Below the pieces are notes generated by a model. The model was not told the DNA's origin and searched no databases. It saw only the letters and a program-made list of their open reading frames with translations. Positions 1 through 9,720 of a DNA stretch of 64,000 nucleotides are shown in pieces. The position numbers and the translations under genes are program-made. The stretch's first letter is position 1. Every line of letters begins with the position of its first letter. The stretch lies in assembly GCF_006345805.1 (NCBI RefSeq), contig NC_043000.1, positions 84,010,001-84,074,000 of the forward strand. Direction: 5' to 3'. Source of the stretch: Octopus sinensis (taxonomy: Eukaryota).

Positions 1-293
1 TTTTGTAAAGGGGAACTGAAAGAAGCACGTCACATATATATATTTATGTGTGTGTGTGTGTGTATGTGTGTGTGTGTCTTTGTGTCTGTGTTTGTCTCCC
101 CACCACCGCTTGACAACCGATGATGGTGTGTTTACGTCCCCGTAATCTAGCGGTTCGGCAAAAGAAACCAATATCAGGTTTACAAAGAATAAGTCCTGGA
201 GTCGATTTCTTCGACTAAAAAAAATGCCCTTTAAAGCAGTTCTCCAGTATGGCCGCAGTCAAATGGCTGAAACAAGGAAAAGAATAGAAGAAT
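1..293 (+). mobile_element. tRNA-derived SINE type 1 (OK-like), 3' part
   Basis: Colinear with the full copy at 63025-63430: GAACTGAAAGAAGC, (TG)n, GCTTGACAACCGA..GGTGTGTTTACGTCCCCGT, GCGGTTCGGCAAAAGA, ATGGCCGCAGTCAAATG.CTGAAACAAG and a GA-rich tail. Confidence 0.85.
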
Positions 294-544
294 ACATTTC
301 CAAGGGCATGGTCGAAAACTTTTAGGCTGTGCAGATTGGAGTTGGTCCAATCTTTAAAACCAAATAGTTTTAACAATTTTATTATCCTTCCTCAGTAAAA
401 CATATTTAGACTATATAAGTTGTATGCGTATATATGTTATGTTTCTTGAGCCTAAGATTTATAAGGCTGGTTACCTCTTTCCATGGTATGTAAGTGACTG
501 AGATTACAATATACTCCCCGAACGGGACCGTTCCTTGCAGGCTT

Positions 545-684
545 CAAGGCCAGCAATTTTGGTGGGGAATGGGCAAGTCGATTACATCTATTCTAGTTAT
601 TGAGTGGTACTTTGCTTTATCGACACAAAAAGGGTAAAAGGCAAAATTGACCTCGGCGATTTTGCTAACGATTTTGCCAGCTCG
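545..684 (-). mobile_element. SINE type 2 (GGCGAGCTGGCAGAA head), internally deleted
   Basis: Reverse complement reads CGAGCTGGCAAAATCGTTAGC..CGCCGAGGTCAATTTTGCCTTTTACCCTTTTTGTGTCGATAAAG..GTACCAC, matching the other type-2 copies. Confidence 0.75.
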
Positions 685-790
685 TATGTATGTATGTATG
701 TATGTATGTATGTATGTATGTATGTATGTATGTATGTATGTATGTATGTATGTATGTATGTATGTATGTATGTATGTATGTATGTATGTG
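685..790. repeat. (TATG)n microsatellite
   Basis: Seen directly. Similar tracts lie at 17680-17830, 27825-27890, 36555-36935 and 53215-53310. Confidence 0.95.
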
Positions 791-864
791 TGCAGATTGT
801 ATGTTTTGCTTTATGTATATATTCTCATGCATACAGTTGCATATCTAGACATGCTCATATATTA

Positions 865-1005
865 TTAGGTTGTCCCAAAAGTTCGTAAACACTTGCGAAA
901 ATTGAATTTTTACTCGCCAAGTACTAACAAAAACAACAAAAATTATTCCTCAAAATAAAGACCATTATTTTCCAAGACTTTCTACGAACTTTTGGGACAA
1001 CCTTA
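865..1005. mobile_element. mariner-type MITE (~140 bp)
   Basis: TIRs TTAGGTTGTCCCAAAAGTTCGTA / TACGAACTTTTGGGACAACCTTA with flanking TA. The TTAGGTTG start is typical of mariner termini. Confidence 0.8.
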
Positions 1006-1039
1006 TAATATGATAAACCTCTGGGAAATTTTACAGTCC

Positions 1040-1665
1040 CAGTGATGGATTGGATCTGTAGACTTCCAATTAGCTTTTCCTTTCTAGTTTTGAGAAGCCT
1101 AATTTCTCAAGATTGGTATTTATGCAGTGGGTTACATATCCCAGGGCACCAATAATTACAGATGTAAACCTGAACTTGTAATCTGGATAGAGTAACTGCA
1201 GATTTCTCAATAGTTCAGCGCAGATACTCTCTTTTTCGCTGATTTTCAGCTTTATGTTAACATCCGGTGGGCAACTAATTTCCACAAATGTATACAGTTT
1301 CTCTTCTGCATCCTAAATCATTATATCAGATCTGTTGTGCTTACATTTTATTGAGGTTTTCACTGGGTCATTACACCATTATTCCTTTTTATTATGAGTG
1401 GCTATGGATTCTACCATACAGTAGCTTCTTATTTCTTTGTCCTCGGGGTTATCCTTCTGACGGATTTCCTTATAGAGTGTCCTAGCTACAACATCATGAT
1501 AATACCCGTAGATAATACCGCGATGACATTTTCGGACAACTATATATGTAGGTGATATCTTCGGTGATAACCGCACAAAGTCTGCATCGGTTGTCACATT
1601 TTACTGCTTTTTCTGCATCCCTTGTTATCGTACATGCTTCTTTAGTAATCACATTCTGTCAGTCA
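1040..1665 (-). mobile_element. R4/Dong-like RLE LINE, 3' fragment (Zn knuckle + endonuclease), decayed
   Basis: Minus-strand peptides DNRCRLC..EDIT..SCPKMSSRYY..HDVVARTLY and EISCPPDVNIK..K..IIGALG, with frameshifts. Confidence 0.8.
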
Positions 1666-1676
1666 TATCTACCTAC

Positions 1677-1791
<115 letters not shown>

Positions 1792-2704
1792 ACTTTCTTT
1801 CTGTCTGTCTGTCCGTCCGTTTGTCCATCTATCCATCCACCCATCCACCCATCCATCCATCTGTCTGTCTATCTCTCTGTCTAACTCTCTCTCTGTTTCT
1901 ATCCATCTATCCATCCTTTCACCCCCCTATCTATCTATCTATCTTCTTCCCTGACACCCTTTGTAGAGAACATTATTATCAACGGTGATCCAACCATGTA
2001 TGTGGCTTCTTTTTGTCTCTCAAATACTACGCCGTATAACACATCCTTCTTTATTTAATTAATCCATTTTGAATCTGTTTACTCTTCCAGGTTATTTATG
2101 ACGGTAGGGAGTAATTCGGAAGAGATTTGGCTTTTATTTCTTATAAACCATGTAACCACATAGAAGTTCTTTCAACTGTCCTTACTGCTCCACATTAAGC
2201 CCTGGTGAAGGAGTTCTTTACCCTTTCAGTTAATTGTCCCCTTGCCATTACTAACTTTGCTGTTCCTTACCAGATATCAACAGATTTTTATCACTTCTCT
2301 ATAATGTCTAAGTGTCTCATTTACGTTTTAATATTTCCAACTTAATTGAATTTCTTATTCTCTTCCATCATTTCTCTCGTATATATTTCATGGCATTTCC
2401 TAACTTAAAGTTAGCATCAGCAAGACGAGAGCAGGGTATAAATCTAAATTACTCTTTCTGGATCGATAGCAATAAGGTGTTTCCAGCTAATGGAGAAATT
2501 TAATCTGAAATCTATTTCAGGGAATTTTATTTACCATTTTATAGAATGGCAGTTTCCACTTACACGAATCTTCCCCAAGAAAACCTTTCTGCCATATTTT
2601 AGTGACGTAATGTTTGTTTCTTCTTCAGTTGTCATCCATTGTCATTAATACAGTGTTTTCGATTTTATAACAATTTTTCGCAACAATACGTCGTTGAAAG
2701 ACAC

Positions 2705-2838
<134 letters not shown>

Positions 2839-3350
2839 GGCTATGGCGAAAGAATGTATCTGGTGGTCGCGTCTGAAAGGATTAGAGACAAACACTTTCC
2901 TCTCTGGTCAATCTCTTATCAACTTCTTCAAATATCACTTGAAAAGGAAAATGAGAGTAGAGAGGCAAGTTTTGTCTAGCGAATGTTTAAAAAAAGATGG
3001 GTGAATGTAGCAAGGATGGCACGTATGAATGACGAAGCCACCTTGAGCATAATCCTATGAACCCGGAAAAATTTAAAACAGAGTTACTTACTTGCAAATA
3101 AATGTGTTAACATGTAAACATTATTGACCGAGGTTACCCTGGTCTTTTCCGTAGGCTTTTCTTTCCACGGATAAACCTTATTGTTTCCTCCTTTACACTT
3201 TACATCATGACATTTTTGTGATACACGATCCCTATTGATCGTTTTTTTTTATCGAAAACTACCCCCACTTTTTTTTCTCCCCAAAAGAAAAGCTCTACTT
3301 TGTAATTTGTCCCCTCTGTGTTCAGCCCTGTGTGGCTAATAAAGAAACAT
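2839..3350 (+). mobile_element. Tx1/L1-like LINE, 5'-truncated 3' end (ORF2 C-terminus + 3'UTR)
   Basis: Peptide AKECIWWSRLKGLETNTFLSGQSLINFFKYHLKRKMRVERQVLS..(frameshift)..WVNV resembles the AK..IW..R C-terminal motif of Tx1/L1 ORF2. A T-rich 3'UTR ends CTAATAAAGAAACAT. Clade is assigned from motif memory only. Confidence 0.6.
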
Positions 3351-3377
3351 ATCTATCTATCTATGTATCTATCTATG

Positions 3378-3437
<60 letters not shown>

Positions 3438-3616
3438 CAGCCATCTATCTATCTGACTGTCTATCTATTTGTCGGTCCATCCATCCATCCATCCATCCAT
3501 CAGTCCATCTATGCGTTCGTCCGTCCGCCCGTCCGTCCGCCCACCCGTCCGTCCGCCCGCCCGTCCGTCCGTCCGTCCGTCCGTCCATCCGTCAGTCCGT
3601 CCATCAGTCCCTCCCT

Positions 3617-3657
<41 letters not shown>

Positions 3658-4006
3658 GCTACTCAGTCTCTCTTTCTTCGAGATGGAATACCAGCCCACA
3701 GGAAGTTTTATTCAAGACAGGATTTAACCTTGGTACAACATATTGATAACAGTGTTTCCGTCCTGTTTATTTCTCCCTTGTACGGAATATATTTAATTCT
3801 GGTTAGAAAAGATTATTGATAGTTAAATGTCTTCGTCATAATATATGCACAATGTCGACTTGTCACTATAGTACAGAAGCTCAACCTTCTAAGTCCCGTT
3901 ACCTTCGAAAAACTGTGACGTGGTTTATAGACTATGGAACTGAAAATTCCTGCAGTTCTAGAATTACATATCAATGACAATAACGAAGGTGCTGTTATAT
4001 ATTTAA

Positions 4007-4277
4007 GTGAAGGTGCGTCGCTTAGTGGTTAGGGTATTCAGTTCACGATCGTGAGTTCGATTCCCAACGGCGCATTATGTCCTTGAGCAAGACACTTTAT
4101 TTCACGTTGCTCCAGTTCACCCAGCTGGCAAAAATGAGTTGTACCTGCATTTCAAAGGGCCAGCTTTGTCACATTCAGTGTCACGTTAAAGCTACGTGTG
4201 CCTGTTAATTTCACGAGCAGGTTGTTCCGTTGATCGGATCAACTGGAATTCTCATCGGGGTAACCGACGGAGTGCTA
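4007..4277 (+). mobile_element. SINE type 3 (CORE-like, OR-type) with 13-bp TSD
   Basis: A-box-like TCGCTTAGTGG, B box GTTCGATTCCC, CORE-like GTCCTTGAGCAAGACACTT and tail GTAACCGACGGAGTGC. TSD GTTATATATTTAA at 3994-4006 and 4278-4290. Confidence 0.85.
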
Positions 4278-4684
4278 GTTATATATTTAATTTCATTTCT
4301 GATATTGAATGTTTCTAAGAAAGAAGCCAACATTTCTGAATGATGAGATATAGCATAGTTATATCATCACCGTACTAGGATACTTTTTAAATCAATTTTT
4401 AGTCAATAAAGACGGTTCTGATAGATTATTACTGACCTATTGAAAGTCAAAACACTTTATTTGACATTGGCTTTAAATCGAAGGGTTATGGATTATGTAA
4501 CGTCTATATTTGCCTTTGAAGATTAGTGGCATGTTTAAAATGAATTGCGTCGGAACAGAAATCGAAACAGGATCACTGTCTATTCTATTGAACGCGTCTT
4601 TCTTTCTTTCATTCTTTCTTTCTTTCTTTCTTTCTTTCCTTCTTTCTTTCTTTCTTTCTTTCATTCATTCTTTCTTTCTTCGTT

Positions 4685-4760
<76 letters not shown>

Positions 4761-4789
4761 TGTATAGCAGAACTCTCGAGTGCATTCAC

Positions 4790-5475
4790 TTTCAGTTACA
4801 TGGCCTGAAATATTGAAATTTATGTTCTTCAATGACACAGTTCAAAGCCCTATGATCAGATATGAATTATTGACTTATTCCCTCCAAGCCGTTACTCTTC
4901 ATGGCGTTATTATCAGTATGCTATATCGCCAAAGGATTTACTTGTACCATATTTCAGTCCAATACTATCCCCCATCCCCCTTCCATTTACCATCGCTCAT
5001 AAGAGATTTCGGTTCTGAATGATAAGGAGTTTATTTTCTCGACCATCCACCATATTGCCAAAGCATAATGATTTATGATTAATGAACGCCAACATTCTTC
5101 CTTCAGGAACTAGTTGTCTCTCATTTTATATTTACAAACGTTTAAATCAATGTAAATAGTAAATCTGTGGGACTTTTTTTTTTTTGACATGTGTTGAAGC
5201 AAATTAACTGGAAATAACTTTTTGTGTAAATTTCATTAACCTTACATTCACCGACTACAGCGTTATCTTAACTACTTTCTTATTAAAACAAACAAATGGC
5301 GTCGTTCGAGCTAAACTTTAATTTCGTTAGCGAATCCACGCTGTTAACAGTAACCAGATGGAGCTGTAGCAATAAATCTTGCAATGAGTGCTGCTTAGTT
5401 TTCCAATTCAAGCTTCGAGTCTTTTCTGCAACGGTATTACGTGTACATGAAAAAGAAAGAGAGGAAGAGGAAGGA

Positions 5476-5515
<40 letters not shown>

Positions 5516-6190
5516 CAGAAAGAAAGAGAATAGGAAAGAAAGAACGGAAGAAAGATAGAAATAAAGAAAGAGAGAAAGAAAGAAAGAAAGAAAGGAAGGA
5601 AGGCAAGAAAGAAGGTAAAAAAGAAAGGCGAAAGAAAGAAAGGAAGGAAGAAAGAAAGAGAGTAGGAAAGAAAGAATAGAAGAAAGATAAAAAGAAAGGA
5701 AGGAAGGAAAGAAGGAAAACAGAAGGAAGGAAGAAAGGAAGGATTAAAGAAAGAAAAGGGAAGGGAGGAATGAAAAAGAAAGGAAAGATGAAGGAAAGGA
5801 AAAAAAGAAAGGAAGAAAGAAAGAACGGAATAAATAAATAAAGGAAGGAAGAAAAGAAAGAAGGTAAAAGAAAAATGGGAAGAAAGAAAAGAAAAAAGAA
5901 CGAAAGGAAGAGAGAAAGAAAGGAAAGAAGAAAAAGAAAAGAAGGGAAGGAAGAAGAAAGAAAAACAAAGAAAGAAGGAAAGAAACGTAGTAAATGGAAG
6001 GGAAATGGGGGATGGTACTGGACCGGAAAAAGGTATAAGCAAATCCTTTGGCGATATAGTATACTCCTAATAATGCCAAGAAGAGTATCAGTGCGGAGGA
6101 AATAAGTTGATAGTTCATATCTGATCATAGCGCTTTGAACTGTGTCACTGAAGAACATAAATTTCAATATTTCAGGCCATGCAACTGAAA
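4790..6190. repeat. Pair of ~200-bp diverged inverted repeats (4790-4990 / 5990-6190) around a (GAAA/GGAA)n tract
   Basis: The reverse complement of 5990-6190 aligns colinearly with 4790-4990; the ORF track shows this as the near-identical peptides WPEILKFMFF.DTVQS.MIRYEL. Confidence 0.8.
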
Positions 6191-6578
6191 ATAAGTCCAT
6201 TTGAGTGGTACACAGTTCTGCAATATAAACAGTTTGATATCTATATGTTTGGTGATGGTTTCATCAAGTTTCATTAATAAATCAAAAACGCTTCTATTGC
6301 ATAATTTCAGGAAAAACTCAAACCATATATTTTACAATAAGCTCAAAGCCTTGATATATTTTTGTGGAAAAATTATTTATGAAATATCAAACAGATATAT
6401 ACAACAAATTTGACAGTTGCCAGTAATAGAGGGAAGGGGAAAAATTAAACAGAAAGTAAGGGGAGGTTGCTAGTGAATACCTCCCTTATTCGTTTCACTG
6501 ACAACGATTTCTTGCATGAAGCTATCAACGCAACCCACACTATTATTGTCTCTACCGAAACCAAGAGATTTTTGAAAC

Positions 6579-6980
6579 TAGGCGTGGCTGTGTGGTAAGA
6601 AGCTTGCTTCTCATCCACATGACTCCGGGTTCAGTCCCACTGCTAGTACCATGGGCTAGTGTCTTTTACTATAGCCTCAGGCTGACTGAAGCCTTGTGAG
6701 TAGACCTGGTATACGGAAACTGAAAGAAACCTGTCGTATATATGTACTCGCGCGCGTGTGTCTCTGTGTCTGTGTTTGTCCTCCACCACAGCTTGACAAC
6801 AGGTGTTAGTATGTTTACGCCATCACCGTAACCTAGCAATTTGGCAAAATACACCGATAGATTAAGTACCAGGCTTAAAAAAAATGGTCCTGGGGTCGAT
6901 TCATTCGACTAAAAATTTTCGAAGGCGGTGCCCCAGAATAGCCGTAGTCTAATGACTGAAACAAATAAAAGATAAAAGAT
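6579..6980 (+). mobile_element. SINE type 1 (OK-like), full length
   Basis: A box TGGCTGTGTGG, uninterrupted AAGAAGCTTGCTT, B box GGTTCAGTCCC, and body and tail as in 63025-63430. Confidence 0.9.
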
Positions 6981-7940
6981 AAACTGCACAAAATCGAAAG
7001 CAGAAATAAAAGGAAGAGGAACACTGATGACAGTGGCAGCAGCAGCAGCAGCAGTAGCAGCAGCAGCAGCAGTAGCAGCAGCAGTAGTAGCAGCGACGAC
7101 GACATTGGCGCCAACGAAAGTTCTGTAATCTGTAGGAAAGCAGAGTTGTTGGTCATGTGTGTTTTAGGGTTTGCTGTTTCTTTAGTCCGGGGGATTAAAA
7201 ACGGGATTCCCTTTAATGATTCTGTCAGGTCTGGACTCTGGTTTCCATGTTCATAATATACACTAACTTATATATTCTGTTACTTGTTTTTATCAGAAAT
7301 AACATTTTCTGGTGTCTTCCAGTTATTTCTGGTGTTGTCTGGGCTACTTCTTGTGGTAAAATGGCGTGCTATGACTGATGACGTGCTATGACTGATGACG
7401 TGCTCTGTTCGTTGTTTTGAACAATGTTATCTGTAATGAAACCTTTCTTTGTTTTCTACACTTCTCTTTCTCATTCTCCTTCCCCTCTTGCTGCTGGTTA
7501 TGCATTGATTTCCATTTAATTTTTACAAAGTTCTTGATAAACTCGTTTTAGGTTGGAGTCCAACTGTTTGTTTTGTTCAAAGAACAGTTGCCGCTTTTTT
7601 TCCTAAGACGGATTCTTTGCAGTTTAGTGAGGATATATTGTTTCAGACGTTCTTTGATTCCGGGAACTTCTTTATTTTGTTATATTTTTGTAGAATTTGT
7701 CTTTACATTATTTTATATTCTAAGCTTTGTCTCTTCGTAATAGATTTTATTGCAAATCGGTATTTCTATCCTTTTTTACCACTTATATTTGTTTTCTACC
7801 TTATTTGCTTGGGTTTTGATACTTCTATATAAGCACATATGATGGAGCATACACTTTCATTGCTAACTTACTGATATGCATGTTCATGTTATCGTTAATC
7901 TGATGATGACCAGGTTTGTGTTATCATCATCATCATCATC

Positions 7941-8512
7941 ATTGCCTTTGCACACCTTCTAATGCTGGAAATGTATTACAGTGTCAGCTGTTCACTACCA
8001 ATGAATTAAGGTAACACCTCTTATTTTTCAAGCACCTTCTAGAGTATTCGAGCGGTTCTAAGCAGTGCTGTTTTCTGCAAGTGCTCCACCCTTATTGCAG
8101 CCCCTATTTGTTCCATGTACTTCTCGAAATTTTTGCTCACTGTTCCCAGGGCTCCGACAATTATTGATACTACTGCTACCTTTTTCATCGACCACAACTG
8201 CTTTACTTCCCAAGCTAACCTGTTATATCTCTCGACTTTTCTTTCTTCCTCATCGCATACCTTGTTGTCAGCTGGGCATGCTATGTCTATGATCCAGCAT
8301 AGTTTGTTTTCTTTCTCTATCTCATGGTCGCCCTGAATCATAAAATCCTATAGGATCTTTGCATTTCCGTTTTAGATGATGTCTTCAGGTTTATGGTCGT
8401 ACCAATTGTTTGCTCTGTCAAGTCCATACCTGTTGCAGAGTGTCCAATGGACAAGCCTGGCTATATTGTCGTGGCGTCTCTTATATACCTTCTGGGCTAG
8501 TGGCGTACAATG
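7941..8512 (-). mobile_element. R4/Dong-like RLE LINE 3' fragment
   Basis: ORF 8039-8341 reads IIDIACPADNKV.DEEERKVERY..LAWEVKQLW..IIVGALG..LQKTALLRTARIL, an RLE domain. The 3'UTR ends at a (CAT)n/(TAT)n tract. Confidence 0.85.
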
Positions 8513-8606
8513 GCTGGGGAAGGGAACTAGTCGATTACAGCAACCCCAGTGTTCAACTGGTACTTATTTTATCGACCCCGAAAGGATGAAAGGCATATTA
8601 TCATTA

Positions 8607-8664
<58 letters not shown>

Positions 8665-8668
8665 GCTA

Positions 8669-8875
8669 AGGCGGCCAGCTGGCAAAATCGTTAGCACACC
8701 GGGCGAAATACTTATCGGTATATCATCTGCCGCTATGTTCTACGTTAAAGTTCCACCGATGTCGACTTTGCCTTTCATCCTCTCGGGGTCGATGAAATAA
8801 GTACCAGTTACGTACTGGGGTGATCGACTAGCCCCGTCTCCCACAAAATGTCATGGCCTTGTGCCTAGGGTACAA
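8669..8875 (+). mobile_element. SINE type 2
   Basis: Head GGCGGCCAGCTGGCAAAATCGTTAGC and core GTCGACTTTGCCTTTCATCCTCTCGGGGTCGATGAAATAAGTACCAG. A partial minus-strand copy lies at 8515-8597. Confidence 0.85.
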
Positions 8876-9029
8876 ATAATAATAACAATAATAATAACAA
8901 TAATAATAATAATAATAATAATAACAACAACAACAAACACAACTACAACAACAACAACAACAATAATAATAATAATAATAATAATTATTATTATTATTAT
9001 TATCATCATCATCATCATCATTATTATTA

Positions 9030-9072
<43 letters not shown>

Positions 9073-9088
9073 TATTATTATTATTATT

Positions 9089-9635
9089 GAGTGAGAGAGC
9101 AGTGCATGCCATCAAACTGACACTTGGGTAAAATGGACGAAGCCCAGTATACCTATCATCACTACCTGTCTGATAAGGGTACACCAGGCACATGCATCAC
9201 AACCATGTGTGCGCGACATGGTGATCTCATATCAAGATAAACAGCGCATGACCTTGCAGGTGGGGCCCAGTTATAATTTTCTTCTGGTCGAGTAGCCCAT
9301 CCCGCTCAAAAGGTCCCTGAATAAGAATTATTTAAGGATGTTGAACGAACCAGCCATGTTTCCAAAGGTGAATTATCCAAACCTCTAAGAATTCCTTTCA
9401 ACACACAGCTATGATGCTCCCCATTACTTCTGCTCATGATCAGAGATGCACATATCGTCAGCCACTAAGGGACATGGTCAACTAGTTAAGGTCAAACAAC
9501 TGACAAGCAAATCTGTGGTATTGAGCAGAATATTTGCTGTAGCCCATCTTTTCTACCAAGACAAACAGTGTACATGATAACACTTCCAATCACTTAAGAT
9601 CAGAAGCCACTGTCTGGTACTGCATCAGGGTATTT
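9089..9635 (-). mobile_element. ~540-bp non-coding interspersed element flanked by (ATT)n on both sides
   Basis: Reverse complement aligns with 34665-35183 (TGATGCAGTACCAG..GATGGGCTACAGCAAATATTCTGCTCAATACC..GGGCCCCACCT..GGTGTACCCTTATCAGAC). No ORF and no Pol III boxes. Confidence 0.8.
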
Positions 9636-9666
9636 ATTATTATTATCATCATCATCATCATCATCA

Positions 9667-9719
<53 letters not shown>

Positions 9720-9720
<1 letters not shown>

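Noticed and set aside
5283-6200. 305-aa Phe/Leu/Ser-rich minus-strand ORF resembling a membrane protein
   Set aside because: It is a stop-free (TTTC/TTCC)n tract plus one inverted-repeat arm.
7035-7100. (GCA)n as a poly-Ser/Gln/Ala coding tract
   Set aside because: No supporting ORF or splice context; treated as a microsatellite.
7160-7920. Strand-biased segment possibly derived from a Penelope-like element
   Set aside because: No diagnostic peptide motif was recovered; it has only a 17-bp tandem duplication at about 7366-7402.
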